Assembly (NCBI GenBank): GCA_951406725.2
Contig: OX597832.1
Span: 64,542,001-64,606,000 of the forward strand
Length of the DNA stretch: 64,000 bases
Reading direction: 5' to 3'
Origin: Octopus vulgaris
Taxonomy: Eukaryota
Part shown: piece by piece, positions 41,456 through 57,556 of the stretch
Numbering within the stretch: the first letter of the stretch is position 1
How the letters are laid out: each line of letters begins with the position of its first letter
Notes under the pieces: generated by a model
Database searches by the model: none
Told to the model about the DNA's origin: nothing
The model's input: only the letters and a program-made list of their open reading frames with translations
Position numbers and translations under genes: made by a program

Positions 41456-42442
41456 GGACATACACCCTGTAGAGCAGTACACAAACGCTCTCTTCGTAGT
41501 AGTTTGTAAAGATAATAACCCCTGAAGTCATATACATTTATCTGTGACAATCATAATCAATTTGCTTTTGAAAAAGAGAGTAAGATAAAAAAATAAATAA
41601 AATAAAAGAACAACGCTTTTTGTCTGCTGGAATTTATTTTCCATTTACGCATATATAATGTGTATTGGGAGTTTATATTGTAAATAGGCATCTAGTGTCA
41701 TCTTGCGGCACGTTTTAGGAAGTACCATTGCAATAGTCATGTGTGATGTAGCATCTTGTTTGTAAATCATTCCTGAAAATGATGGAGGGAAACTGGAAAA
41801 ATTTGCAAAGTGTAGGAGGGAACACCGTTTCGGTAGCTTTATTCTGTTGAAAATGACCCTTCTTGAAAACAAGGGAAATGCTTGCAGGACTGAGAGAGTT
41901 CTTTACCAATTGGTGATCTGTAAGGATGCTTTTTCTCTAAGACTAATACTGAGATTTATCAATGTAAAGGCACTATGACACAACACAAAAATAACTTGAG
42001 AAATCACACAAAAAATAAAAAATTGAAGATATTTATGTTGCAAGAAGCATGGCTTCATAATAGGATTCTTGCAATTATTCCAAGTTTTATTTTTCTTCTA
42101 AATTCATTAGTGTATTAGTAATAAATTAATAGCCATCAAGTGTTGAAAAAGGTCCCCGATTTTACACCTTACACACACAGATACAAAAGGAAACATTGTG
42201 TTGCTGGATGTACAATTGAGAGCTTTGTGAAATCCATAATGGAAGAAAAATATCAGTGATTTTCTGTTTGCTTCATGATTTAATTAATATCTTAGAATCC
42301 TCTCAAGTACAGCAGAAGAAGATTATATATTCAACGAGGAGAGAAAAAAGAAATATGGCATAAAAACGATCATCGACCATATAATGTAATGGAAAAATTT
42401 GGTTTTGTGTCCAATGAAAACTGCATTTTTCAGAATTAATCA

Positions 42443-42890
42443 GCAGTAAACGTTCCACATTGAATTAAAACTAAATATGTTCCGATTTGGATTAGAAATA
42501 TGCATTTGGCACTGAATGAGGTGTGAATATTTTACATTGAATAAAAATTGAATGGTTTACATTGAAGGAAAAGCAAACATTTCACAGTGAGTTGCAATCA
42601 AACATTTAAATAAGTGACAAGCATATGTCTCATATTGAACCACAAGCAAGTATTTCACATTTTATGCCAACTACACATTTCAATGCGGATGAGAAGTAAA
42701 CATCTCACATTGAAAGATATTCTAGCTTTTCACGTTTAGAGTTAGGGATAAGCAAGCGTTTCACAGCGATTAAGAAGTATAGAATTCAAATGATAAGTAA
42801 ACGTTTCACATCGCATAGACCCAAAAATAAATAAATAAAAAAAAATATTTCACGTTGAACTAAAATTAAATATTTCACCATTCAGTGAAA
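42443..42890 (+). repeat. Cryptic degenerate tandem array, period about 25 bp
   Basis: About 17 units by eye, consensus near AAGTAAACATTTCACATTGAAnnAn. Confidence 0.75.
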
Positions 42891-43702
42891 CCTAAGCAGT
42901 TACCAATACATTTTTCCCGTAGCCTGCTGCCGATCGATAGAATGAAAGAGCCAAACAAATATTATATGAATATCTAACAAATACGTATCTGAGTCTTTAA
43001 TGAATACGCTCTAATATCATGAACATAGATACAATGTTGGAAGTAGATCCAAACGGATAAGCACTGCAGAACCTCCCGTAAAAAAATTATACACTTAGTA
43101 CGATTGATAAAAATGCTTAACTAGGGATAACAGAGATAAGGATCTATTTGTGTAACAGGCCCCATCAATCAATTTCAAGATACTTCTGGTTAAAAATAAG
43201 ATTTGATCTGCTTGCAGAATGAATTAACAACTCATATCATTCCTATAGTATGTTCGACTATCAATCATTACAACTCACACAGCTGCGCACGTGCATGTGT
43301 GTACATGTGTGCGCATGCGTGTACCAATGTGTTAGGCACAAAATGGCCGAATAGTTTAGAAGTTCGCTTCGCAAATACTATGTCCCCGACTCGGTTTTAA
43401 TTGCGTCGCGTCTTGGGTAAATATTTTCTATATCTTCGAGTGAACCGATTCCTTTAGAGTGATAGCGGAGAGACGAAGCGTGTATAGAAGCTTGTCAAGT
43501 GATTTACCAGAGAATTATGTTAAGAGTAATAACATGTCTTTCGAAGACTCACTTTCACATTTATTGAGGGGTAGATAATTCAGTAGATCAGATATCTGAA
43601 TCCTCATAGACCATCGACAGAAATCCATCCATCCATCCATCCATCCATCCATCCATCCTTCCATCCAGCCACCCGTGTGTCCGTCCGCCAGACCGCTTGC
43701 TC

Positions 43703-43773
<71 letters not shown>

Positions 43774-43808
43774 GTCTCTCTGTCTGTCTGTCTGTCTGCC
43801 TGTCTGCC

Positions 43809-43852
<44 letters not shown>

Positions 43853-44536
43853 AATCTATTTATCTACATACCTACCTACACATATATCAGCCTATCTATC
43901 TGTGGGCTTATGTCGAACGATTGCTATCGCGTGTAGAACGAGTCAGTTTATCAACTGAGTCGCGCCTCCTTCCTTGAAACGGGAAGGAAGATCCATTTTC
44001 ATCGTATGTGTGCGTATGGCGAAAGAATGTGGTCAATCTCTCCTCAATTTCTTCACGTATCACTTGAAGAGGAAGGTGAGAGAGGGAAGTTTTGTCAAGT
44101 GAATGTTTAAAAAAAGACGGGTGAATGTAGTAAGGATGTCACTTGTTAATGACGGAGTCAGCTTGAGCATAATCCTATTAACCAAAAAGAGAGAGGAAAA
44201 AAGAGAGTTATTTACTCTAATGTCTTTTTTGTTGTTGACATTATTGCCCAAGATTACCGTGGTCTCTTCCGTAGGCTTTTCTTTCCACAGATAAACCTAA
44301 TCTGTTCGCCCTTTTTATATTATGACATTTCTGTGATACACATCCCTAGTGATCGGCCCTTTTTTTTTCTCCACGATCCATTTTGATCGAAATTCTACCC
44401 ACACCTTTTTTTTCTTCTTCACCAAAAGAAAAGATCTACTTTGTATTTTGTCTCCTCTGTGCAGCCCTGTGTAGCCAATAAAGAAACATATCTATCTATC
44501 TATCTATCTACCTATCTATCTACACATCTACCTACA

Positions 44537-44622
<86 letters not shown>

Positions 44623-44652
44623 CCTACCTACCTACCTACCTACCTACCTATC

Positions 44653-44744
<92 letters not shown>

Positions 44745-47700
44745 ATTGTGCGAGTGTAGGTGTGTAACTGTCTATGAGTATGTCACACTAATAACAAAAA
44801 AAAAGACCCCATAAAATACATGGGCGAAAATAATAATGAGACCAGTCTCCCCCACATACACATCGAAGAAAATGAAAAAAAATTATAAAAGAAAGTCTAT
44901 CTTATATCATTTTATATAACTAATAAAATATTAAACAAAAAAACGCAAACATAAAAAAATAACTCCGAAACGTCTGATAATAGAACAATCAGCTTGATCT
45001 CTCATTTGATAGAATTTCGAGCTAATAATTCTATCATCTGGTTAGCTGATTCCCAGAGAAACCAAAAACGAAAAAAGAAAGAAAAACTAAAAATCACAAA
45101 ATAAAAAAAGAACAAAAATGTCAACTATCAAAGATTCTAATAGAATATTCTACCAATTCATTAATGTTTCGTTTTTGTTGTTGTTTTTTTATTTTTCCAC
45201 TTTGGTAAATGTATTCTCTGCTAATGTTCGTTATAATAATTGAGACGACTGCAGAATATGTCTATAGACACAATCTATTGAAAATAGTGAAAGCACGAAT
45301 AAGCAAGTCAATTTGGTACCGAACAAACAGTCTCTATGTATATTAAACGGCTGATACTAATTGTGTGTCCACTGAGCCCAAATGCTTAACGGCTTAGCTT
45401 TATTAATTTATCACCAGGTCAGCGTTAATAGAGTAGATTTATAAGTAAAGACGTTCCGTTCACCAGTGTTTCGTCTGTCAGAGATTTCTGATGGTTATTT
45501 CGCCGATTACGACAATGAAGTTTTCGCAAAGCCGAAAACTCCACTGAATGTAAGTGGCCGAATATACCATAGAAATGTGTCCTTAATGCCGTTCCCGAGC
45601 CGAATTGTCGTAAGGCAATATACAGGTACAGTCCGGCCTAGAGTGTCCACACAATCTCTGGCTATCCGAGTTCAATCACACGGGTTCCATCGAAGCGAGG
45701 TTATGCTCAATTCGTCTAAGATGATGTCAAATACTGACATCCAACATGCGAACCCTTGACCACTCAACGAATCTTTTAGCCACTCAATCATGTCTATATT
45801 AAATAGGGTTGCATTATCTAACGTCTCTTCCCATCTTTATGACTCTAGGTTAGAATTTAATGAACATTTAGCAGTTATTTTTAGCAGTCGTACAGTCACG
45901 TAGATATTGCGCTTGCTTTTTATATTTTTTAAGAAGGAACCGTGTTGTAATTATAAGTTACCGCTAGAAGCATCAGTCTTATACTGGACTAAACGAGTCA
46001 TCCGTTAGTTCACAGCAACAATGGACATGTTTACTGCGGCTAGGGCCCAAGTTACCATTGAGCCACCGAATGCCGATTAAATAAAGTTGAATAACAATGT
46101 TCAGGCAGTAAGATTTAATCATATAAAACAAACACAAGATACAGCTGAAAAGTAAACTATCTAATTATGAATAAAAAATGTTTTTGACCCAGACTTGAAC
46201 GCAGAAATGTGACGAAAATTTTGGTACATCAACAAACAAAGCAAACCAGTGTTTCCGCGTCCTTGAATAGCTAAAATAACTATTCTACGAAGTAACTGAT
46301 TTCGATGATAACGACGCTTCGCACAGTCAGTAATTATGCCATTTGTTAGACAACTTCACCGTCAAAATTCCATATGATCGCCAATAACCCTTCAATATCA
46401 CGAGGTGTTTCGCAATGACGATTTTTTCTTCCAATAACACAGATTTCAACGTGGCCCTCTATGAAATTTCTACGATCTGATTATCTATCTATTTGTTTAT
46501 ATAACCTAATATAAACCAGTTGTTTGCACAACTGGTTTATAGGAGTTAACCTGCTTTCACGCTAACAGCTGCTTAAAATTTTACAACTTGTTCAGTGTGA
46601 GATTTTCAGCTCATCTTATTAAATACTTTGAAAGGGGATAGAAGAAAAAGTATTCTCATTCTCTGTATTTATCTTCGGAAAGGTTATCCACAATTATTTT
46701 AGTTTTCAGAAGTACGTTACTTAATCTATCGGTATTATTTGCCGAGCCGCTAGAGTACGGGGACTCAAACCAACACCGGTTGTTAAGCGACGAGGGGTGA
46801 CAGACTTAAAGGCAGACTAACAAATTCAATCACAAGGGATTAGTCGGTTTGGGGCAATAATAGAAGACAGCCACCCCATGGGCTGTGCAATAGGACTGAA
46901 CCTGAATTCATTTTTTTGGTGAAAATTTCTAAGGTGAAACTTGAAGGAGATTTAGCTGCTTTTGTAGTAGATCCTGGGGCCAGGAAGACGCAGGTTAGTC
47001 GTAGGGTCACTTAAATTTATTTTGAATTATGGCATACTCACTGCAGATGGAAACCACAGTCGGTAATATAGTCTGGTGACTCGTATGTATGTATGTATGT
47101 ATGTATGTATGTATGTATGTATGTATGTATGTATGTATGTATGTATGTATGTATGCATATATGTGTGTATGTGTTTGTATGTATATATGTGTGTGTGTAT
47201 GTATGCATGCGTATGTACGTGTGTATGTATGTGTGTGTGTGGTTTTCCATACACCTCAGTTTGTGAACAACAGCATCGTTGGGCGCAGATTTTGAGAGGG
47301 TTGAATCGACTCTTATTTTGTTTCTAGGCGTTATGACAGGGAAGTATCGGCAACTTCGTTTAGAATAAATGTCATTAGAGATTTTGCTTGAAAAGGAACG
47401 TTTATTTATATATCTCGGTTAGAATTATACGTAATACGCCCGCCCGTCCACCCTTTATCCATCCATCCATCCACACACACACACACAAAACAATCACATT
47501 TGGAAAGGCAAGGGCTAATGGTTAGAATTTGGGGTTCTCGACCAATGAATTCAATTTCTAAAGCAGGTTGCATGTTATATCCTCGAGTAAAATTTAGAAC
47601 CTATTTCTCACAATCTTACTACTGGAAGTACCGAGAGAGAGTGTAACTATGTCAGCGTGCGATTACACAGCCATCGAAACTAAACTGGCGCAGCGACAAC

Positions 47701-47895
47701 AGCACCAGTTACCTGGCCATATTCACTTGCGAGTTACTGCGAAGCGTTGTTTAAAATTTTACCTGTGGGTGCCGGATTTATGCTATGACGTAACGTAGGA
47801 ACGCAGCAATAAAATTATATCGACAGTTGTAGTGAATTTTAAACTCACATTGTGCTTTTCTTATATATATGTGTGTGTGAGTGTTTGTGTGAGTG

Positions 47896-47926
<31 letters not shown>

Positions 47927-49597
47927 ATATATGTGTGTATACATATATGTGTATGTGTGTACGTGTGTGTATATATGTCTGAGTGTGTTTGTATGTGTAT
48001 ATATATGTGTGTGTGTGCGTGTGTGTATATACATATATGTGTATGTCTGTGTACATGTGTGTATATATATTTGTGTGTTTATATATATGTGTGTTTATAT
48101 ACATATGTGTGTGTGTATGTGTATGTGTGTGTGTGTGTTTGTGTGTGTAAATGACACATTTGATACGTTGTGTATTGTGTTGCATCTGAAAGCGCGAGAG
48201 GTGAAGTAGCAGAAAGTTAGACTATTTATTCCTCAGGTCAATTGAATTTGCTGATCTCAACAACGAAATCTCATTGACTGGTATTAGTTCAGCCAAACTC
48301 CAATACTGCTGTCCTTACGACCGAATGTCGTATACAGCTCGACTATTATTATTCATACTTTACCCAAGTACTTACTCTAAGTTCCGCGACAAATAAAAAT
48401 TTTGACATTTTCTCGAAATCCCTGCTAGGTTTCTGCATCTTTCTGCAATAATATTTCTATGTAAATTGGCGCCAGTATCTATTAAGGTGCATTGCTATTA
48501 CCATACAGCAGAAAGTTTTTATTAATTGCAACTAGAAAGCCGCATTTAAATAGAAACACTTCTGAATATTTCGATAGATGGAAAAGTATATGAGGTAGTC
48601 AGTTATAAACGACGTTTGCAAGAAAACGGAAAGTGTGAACGAAAGAAGCTGTGAGAAATGAGTCAGAAATTTAAATTGAAAGCCGGGCATAAATATAGAT
48701 AAATAGATAAGATAACGCAAGAGGAAATTCTATAGATATGTATGCCGGTACATCCGTAGAGCGCTAAATAGATAGGTAGGCAGGCAGGTAGATAGAGGGA
48801 TAGAGAAGTAGGTAGATAGTGATGTAGGTAGCCAGGTAGATATGTAGGAAGGTAAGAACTAGTAAATCTGTTGTTAAGTGAAGAACTGATGTATGACTTG
48901 GACATATGATTCTAATTGACTGCTGTGTTTCAGAGAGTAGAATTTGGAAACGGTTTCAAATTAAGACTTCTTCACAGAAGTATCTCTTGTTTCCTTGCAT
49001 TAAATTTAACACTCATCACGGTTACTACTCTTACTGCGCAGTTTCTTGGATTTTAAGCTGCTTACATAAGATTTCTCCCTCCATGCCTCTGTTAGGCTGT
49101 CTTTCTACGTCTCTCTTTCACTAGCATCCATTATTTCCCATTGCCTATTCTTTTCTCATGTTTTCCTTCTACCTTCCTTGCTTTCTTTCTTTATTACGTC
49201 CTCACACTATCCCTCTGGACTCGTATGCCTGCTTCTACATATGAGTAATATACAGGCAACCTCCCTTCCTCCCTCCCTCCCTTCCTCCCTCCCTCCCTTC
49301 CTTCCTCCCTCCCTATCTAGCTGCTTACCTATCCAATTATCTATCTACAAAGAAACCAACCTGCTAACCAGCCAACCCGCCAACCAACCATCCGACCAGC
49401 CTACAAACCTGCACAAACATTACATAAACATGTTTCCACTCCTCATCTACCTACCAACATACACATCCACATATCTATCTGCTTATTTCTCTTTCCTATA
49501 CACACTCACCTATACATGAGCGACGACGGAGCGGGAGGGAGATAACATGCACACGTGTGCGTGTGCGTAAGTGTGTATGTGTGTGTATATATATACA

Positions 49598-49652
<55 letters not shown>

Positions 49653-49655
49653 ATG

Positions 49656-49689
<34 letters not shown>

Positions 49690-49830
49690 ACTATCTATTT
49701 ATCTGTCCATGTGTGTGTAAATGTGTCTGCCTGTCAAAATTTCTCAATTTCTCTCTATCTATGTCTGTCTGTCTATCTACCTATCTCCTAGCTTCTCTCT
49801 CTCTTCCTCTCACTCTCTCTCTCTCTCTCG

Positions 49831-49865
<35 letters not shown>

Positions 49866-50186
49866 ACAAAGTTACACAATATCACTAGTACTGTTGTCAT
49901 CTTATACCATTGCACCATATTTGTCTACACTGCAGTGAAAAAAAAAAGTATCGATCCTAACCAACACTATACCCCCCGCCCCCCCCCCCACATACACTAG
50001 ACCACACACAAACACAAACAAACAAAGAGTTTTAAAAGACATGTGCAGACAATTAGAGACTATATTTCTCATTCTTACATCAATATTCACACGCATACTT
50101 GCTAACTCATGGATACATTCCCAAATAAAACAATTGCTTCCGCAGGAACAAGCACATTAACACACACGTATATGTATATATATATG

Positions 50187-50255
<69 letters not shown>

Positions 50256-50548
50256 TGCGTGTGTGTATGTGTGTGTGTCACCACCTATTATTTATACATG
50301 CATTCGGGCAATTTTTTACGAGTATATATTTTAAACTAGAATATATTTACTCACCCATTAAAACGTATATTCGTAAGGGAATATATATATATATATATAC
50401 ATATATATACATATATATATATATACATATACATATACATACATATACATACATGCATACATGCATACATACATACATACATACATACATACATACATAC
50501 ATACATACATACATACATACATACATACATACATACGCATATATATCT

Positions 50549-50751
50549 AGACGCAGGAGTGGCTGTGTAGTAAGTAGCTTGTTTACCAACCACATGGTTC
50601 CGTGTTCAGTACCACTGCGTGGCATCTTGGGCAAGTGTCTTCTACTATAGCCTCGGGCCGCCGAAAGCTTTGTGAGTGGATCTCGTAGACGGAAACTGAA
50701 AGAAGCCCGTTGTATATATATATATATATATATTTAGCCAAATATTTAAAC

Positions 50752-50792
<41 letters not shown>

Positions 50793-51000
50793 TATGTGTA
50801 CATGCTTGTGTGTCTGTGTTTGCCTCTCCCCTCCAACATTGCTTGACAGCCGATGCTGCTGTGTTTACTTCCCCGTAATCTAGCGGTTCGGCAAAAGAAT
50901 AAGTACTAGACTAACAAAGAATAAGTGCTGGGGTCGATTTGTCCGACTAAAGGCCGTGCTCCAGCATCACCGCAGTCAAATCACTGAAACAAATGAAGAA
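50549..51000 (+). mobile_element. SINE family A, full length
   Basis: Head and tail as at 1033-1384, with an expanded internal (TA)n. Confidence 0.9.
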
Positions 51001-51223
51001 TATATATATATATATATAGCTTCGTTTTTCCTTGGGGCTGGCCAGATTGGAGCCATCTCAAGAATTATCAGCCGAAATTGCGAGGATAATCTGGTTCTGA
51101 AGATTAGAATACTTGGAATGATCTGTTCTTGTTTTCTTTGTATCTTCTATCTGGATGTTTAGTTGTTCTTTTTTGTATCCGTAGTTCCCCGGATGTTTTG
51201 CGTTCTTGTCCCATTTTGTACTT

Positions 51224-51272
<49 letters not shown>

Positions 51273-51858
51273 TCACAGACACACACATAAGTCTGCATGA
51301 CCACAACCTACCGACTAATAAGCCTGGCCTCTTATGAAAAATGAAGTGTTATATGAAAATGTAGAATTAAATAGAAGATTAAAAGATGGAATGCCTACAG
51401 AGAGGATTAGCTTTGTTATACCCCGTAGTAAAACTGATCCCGGAAATTACCCATTGCCAGCATATCAGTAATTCACGTAGCAGAACAAACAGTTGAAAAT
51501 ATGTCTTCGTACATTGAAATCAGTCTATCTTGTGCAAATATATCCATTGCAATATTGCTTTCAAAAACAACTTGGCACATTCCGATTCCTCACAAAATCA
51601 TGATTGTCCAGAACCGGCTTTCACCAATCAATGCTTGATTCCTGTCCACAATGATGTACTATACCAAACATTAAAAATATTTACCATAGTCTCGTGAACC
51701 TAGTAAAATTCATGAATTTCTTTAATGTCTTTAATTGACGAACCCAGTGGCGGTTAAATCATTTTGGGATACCCCACAGTAAACTTCAGCATAAAATCTC
51801 CATACAAGCACATATATAATTTTGCGCGCGTGAACTTTCCCACCCCTAAGACCGCCCC

Positions 51859-52016
51859 CAGGAGTGGCTGTGTGGTAAGATGTTTTCTTTCCAGCCACGT
51901 GGTTCCGGGTTCAATCCCACTGCGTCGCACCTCAGGCACGTGTTTTCGAATATGGGCTGGAGCCAATCAAATCCTTGTGGGTGGATTTGGTAGACGGAAA
52001 TTGAAAGAAGCCTATC

Positions 52017-52104
<88 letters not shown>

Positions 52105-52292
52105 TTGTCCTCCCACCATCGCTTCACAACCGATGTTGGTGAGTTTATAACCCCCGTAACCTAGCGGTTCAGCAAAAGAGATCGATAGAATAAGTACTAG
52201 GCTTACACAGAGTAAGTCCTGGGGTCGACTTTTCAGCTAAAGGCTATGCTACAGCATGGCCGCGGTGTAATGGCTGAAACAAGTAAAAGAAT
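51859..52292 (+). mobile_element. SINE family A
   Basis: CAGGAGTGGCTGTGTGGTAAG ... GGCTGAAACAAGTAAAAGAAT. Confidence 0.9.
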
Positions 52293-52831
52293 ATATATAT
52301 ATATACAAAGAGAGAGAAAGAGAGACAGAGAGGAGGGAGAGATGGAACAGAGAAAGGGGAGAGAGAGGGGAAGGGCGAGAAGTGGGAGAGGAAGTGTGAC
52401 AGAGAGAGGGAGAGAGTGCTATGTATGTAAACCGATGTGTACCTCTGAAAGAATTACATAAACTTTAAAAGCAATATCCCGGTTTATCCTAAAAAAACTG
52501 CATACATAATATTTGTTCCGGCTAATATCACGTACGCTTCCTCGCTGGAACCCTGTCAGGCGCAGTGAAGCAGTCCCTTGACAAATGTAACTAACATCAT
52601 TATCAATATTTTTTCCCTACAAACTTCTATTAGAAAAAAGAAATACCTAAATCGCCACAACAACTTTGAATATATATAGATATGTAGACTTAATTCAGAA
52701 ATAGAACAGGTTAGCACAAACATACACACACATACATAGAAATACAAATACATCCATGCATACGTATACAACACACATGCAGACTAACACATGCGTTGAC
52801 ATACATATTAAGAAACATACAATATACCACA

Positions 52832-52876
<45 letters not shown>

Positions 52877-53018
52877 TCATACACACCTACGTAACACATA
52901 TACACTCATATACGACTTTATTTCAAGCAAGCAATGAGGTGTGAAAAATTATGTCAATAAGAATCATGACAGATATTCCCATGTCACCGAGGTTAATGTG
53001 AGAAGCAAGGCTATATAC

Positions 53019-53055
<37 letters not shown>

Positions 53056-53127
53056 TATATATACTTATCTTTTATATATATACATATACTTATCTTTTAA
53101 TTATATATATATATGTATATAAAAATA

Positions 53128-53171
<44 letters not shown>

Positions 53172-53299
53172 GTATATATATATATATATATATACTATAT
53201 TTATATATATACTTGTCTTAATGTACATTCTTATAATACACAAGTATATATATATATATATATATATAAACAACACGTACATGCATGTAGACAAGTGCC

Positions 53300-53342
<43 letters not shown>

Positions 53343-53380
53343 TATATGTGTGTGTATGTGTATGTGTGTGTGTGTGTGTG

Positions 53381-53431
<51 letters not shown>

Positions 53432-54164
53432 ATAGACCAGTTCCTCTGAGTGCCAAAGTGTAATATATTTTCTATAATAATATATTTTACAAACAAGAGA
53501 TGTCGATACGAAATGTTATATATCTTACTGGTGTCTACGCAGTTAATTACTTACACACGTTACAGACACACACACACATACATAAAATATATATAGATAT
53601 ACATACATATATACACACAAATATATGTATATATCTATACTCATATGTACGCACACATACATATACACACCTATAAACAAACACAAACACACACAATCTC
53701 CACAAACATTGATTTACAAAAATAGACCAGAAATATATGTTAAAAACGCCATTTGTCTTAGATTCCAGAACATTTTTGGATATTAAACAAAGAAAGTTAA
53801 TAAACAAATAAATACATAAATGAATAAAAAAATAACGGAAGAGAATCTCGAAGGTAAGCCAAGTGGCTTCGCGTGTTTTATTCAAAGATCATCCGCATAT
53901 CATTTGACTCCATTGCGCTATCTCCTATATTTAAACTCGTTACCTGATACCTCGCCCCCTCTTCTTCTCCCTCACACTACATTCTCTCTCCACTTCACCC
54001 ACCACCACTCCGCTCTACTCCACTGCTCAAGGGAGTCTGGGTATGCAGTCCAGGTATCTTCTTTGCTCCTCTCTTTCTTTAACAGTTTCAACGAACGTCA
54101 AAAATATTGGATAAGCTATTTGTTAATATATATATATAAATACAACAGCAACAATAATAATAAT

Positions 54165-54565
54165 CTTTTCTACTATAGGCACAAGGCCTGAAAATTTGGC
54201 GGGGATGGGGGCTAGTCGAATATATCGACTCCAGTGCGTAACTGGTACTCATTTTATCGACTCCCAAAGGATGGAAGGCAAAGTCGACCTCGGTGGAATT
54301 TGAACATAGAATGTAGCGATGGCAGAAATACCTATTTCTTTACTACCCACAAGGGGCTAAACACAGAGCGGACAAACAAGCACAGACAAACGGATTAAGT
54401 CGATTACATCGGCCCCAGTGCGTAACTGGTACTTATTTAATCTTCCCCGAAAGGATGAAAGGCAAAGTCGACCTCGGCGGAATTTGAACTCAGAACGTAA
54501 CAGCAGACGAAATACCGCCAAGCATTTCGCCCGGCGTGCTAACAATTCTTCTAGATTGCCGTCTA
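54165..54565 (-). mobile_element. SINE B dimer
   Basis: Two cores joined at GAAATACC|TATTTCTTTACTACCCAC. Confidence 0.88.
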
Positions 54566-54641
<76 letters not shown>

Positions 54642-54738
54642 TATATTGGTCATTCTCCGGGAAAATTCCAACCATTAAAAGCCTTTCCTATACAGTGTGC
54701 AGGAACTTGCGAAAAGATTGAATGTGGGAGTGTAAATA

Positions 54739-54806
<68 letters not shown>

Positions 54807-55223
54807 ACACACACACACACACACATAAATGTATATATATGTTAGAGCACACACGATGTGCCGTGCAGTGAAACCGAACTCAGATACACGTGCTCGGGAA
54901 GATATCATTTTACCTCTGATACGGTATTAAGTTATCAACCTATGACTTTTTATCTCCTTCGCAACTGCAATCTCTTGTCTTTCTTCCTTTCTCTCCCTCT
55001 CTCACTTTTTCTATCTATAGAGCAGAGTGCCTGCACGACAATACACCCCTCCACGATATCCTCTCCCTGGAGCTCATATATATATGTATATATATATATA
55101 TATACGCATGCATGTGCATACACATGTGTATATATGTGTATGTATACGTATGTACATATGAATAGGTGGGTGTGCATGATTATCTTACGTCAGTGTGATT
55201 ATTTACAAGCGCATGTATATATG

Positions 55224-55254
<31 letters not shown>

Positions 55255-57048
55255 GGCTGCGTACGTATCCGCAAGAGAATCTGAGATGTGTGTGTACATT
55301 ATGTATATGTATGAGTGCATGCGTTTCTCTGTGTGCGTGTGTTGCTGGCTGTAAACGAATTTCTTTCTGGTACCTAAAGGTATCGATCAATTAATTGATC
55401 TCTGACGAACGAGACGAAAGAAATGAACACCGAGCCTGCCTAACATTATTGATTCCCGACATACTTTTAGCACGTCGTTTGTTCATATGACTTTCATGTC
55501 AACAAGTGCTTTACATATTAAACAAGTCTGCCACTTTTAACAGTCTAGTTTTTACTTTCACTTTCGTTTTGCTAAACCTTCCTCGCAGTTTCATTCATCT
55601 CATCTCTATCGCTTCAGTATTTCTCTATTTAACCAGCGGGAGACTTTATGCCAAACAGGGAAGCAGCTCTTCTGCCGTTCAAATACTTTGGAAACCACAT
55701 ATGCTTCAAATCACAGTCTCTTATACTAAAAAGTTACTCGTTGAATAGTGTAGTTGTAGGTATATTATGGCTGAAAACAAAATGGTGTCAGATCATAGCT
55801 GGAAAGTCCTTTGATCATAGATCTGCAGATTTGAGTTTAACTTGGGGCTGAAGACTAAACAGCGCCATCATTAACAACAACATACACCCCCACTCTCACT
55901 TTCTCTCCACTTTTATTTACTGAGTTCTTCTATACATTGTGCATCTATCATCACATCTCCGCCATCCACGACAAACAGGAAACAGCGACTGTATTAAGAA
56001 AAAATGACGAAAATAGGGGGAGGTCTTTCCCCAGCTGCTCGACCTGCTAGGAATAAGTACTAAACACCCTAATCGTAATTCTTAAAAAAAAAGTTGGGGG
56101 AGTTTTCGATAATTTAGTTCGAAATGCTTGTAAAACAAAAACGAGATGTCGATGGCAGGAATGCCTTTGATCATAATTTTCGACCTGCAGCTATAATTCA
56201 AAGAGCTAAATGTGCTGGCCTTTACACTTCTGTTACCACATCAGGCTTTAATCGTTGTTATATATTCATTCATTTACAGTCTTCTTATTTATCTTGTCTC
56301 TCCTTTCTTCGCCCTCTCTTGTTTAAAATTTCATTCTTTATTAATTATCACTCAATCTTAACCAGTTTGTCTCCCCCACTCACTTTCACTTCATTTCTTC
56401 CTCTCAAACTTTCTCTTCTCCTTACTATCGTCAGCTTCCATCTACTTGCCACTCTCTCAATCTTCATTTCTCTCTTTTACTTATCTTTTCCCCCTCCCAT
56501 TTCATCCCTTACTGTTGCCCCCCACCCAGTTCTCTTTATTATGTCTTTGATGTGGCTCTCTCTTTCTCTTCTATCTTCACCCACTCCCGTTTCTTATCTT
56601 CCGGTATTGGAGCGTGCTCTCTCTCCTTCGCAATCTACCTGTGTATATCTGCCACGTATATACATATGCAAGGAAATCGTGAGAGACAAAGACAGACGCC
56701 CTCTCCTCATCCTCTTTCTCGTTCTCTACTTCCCACCCAAATTTCTTTTCCTTTCCCTGTTTTACTTCTTGCCCAACCTTTCTATCTACGCATGTTTCAT
56801 CTAACACCTGGATTATCCAGCCTGGATCCGTTTCGGATATTTCTTTTTCATTTTCTATTTCCAGCTTATCTTTTGGCTGTTTTTCACGATAACGAAACTA
56901 TTACACAGTTTCTCCGAACTGACAACGATGGCATTCTGTAACACACACAAACGATGGTTTATATATCAAGATATATATACAAAAATAATTTAAACTTAGA
57001 CTGAAGGATTATTCAATAGTTTTTAATAAAATACACATTTATTAAACA

Positions 57049-57556
57049 CTAGCAGTATCGCCCGGCGTTGCTCGGGTTTGTAAGGGAAATAACTATATAA
57101 GCATTTTTAGAGAGTTACTTCCCTTATAGATGCCAATTTCTTAGCCATTTCTGTTTTGGTGTCTTCAAGCCGTGAAATCGTTGTTCTAAAAGAATGCTGG
57201 TCTCCTTGACAACGCATTACGACGTTGATTTCCTTACACTCCCTTCCCCACAGCTTCACGAGGGAGGGAAGAAGGGGGTGAAGCACACACAGGTGCAGGT
57301 GTGACCGTGGACGCCAACTCCGCCGCCATCGACACACGAAAAATTATGCATTAAAATGGAATAAAAAATTATGTTAAATTATTTTAAAAATCGTAGACTC
57401 ATCGTAGAGGCGCGCTAATAGCCAGACAAGCTCGATATGAATTACGACTATAAGATACCCGAATTTGGTTAAACTGCACCGCAAAATGTGGGAGTAGTTA
57501 GGAATTTAAATCGAAGGGGACAGACACTCACACAACTACAGTTTTATATATATAGA
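57049..57556 (-). mobile_element. Non-autonomous Helitron
   Basis: Minus strand begins A|TCTATATATATAAAAC and ends with hairpin CCCGAGCAACGCCGGG then CTAG|T; AT insertion site, no TSD. Confidence 0.88.

Noticed and set aside
41700-42440. Possible decayed transposase (DHRPYNVME.FGF, hAT-like)
   Set aside because: Single weak motif among many stops; no TIRs identified.
42443-42890. CRISPR interpretation of the periodic array
   Set aside because: No identical repeats with unique spacers, no cas genes, eukaryotic context.
55402-55435. CTGACGA...GAAA
   Set aside because: No stem III or NUH site follows; chance match.
56124-56804. Longest ORF (226 aa, hydrophobic)
   Set aside because: CT-rich low-complexity DNA depleted of stops, starting in an old repeat; no motif.
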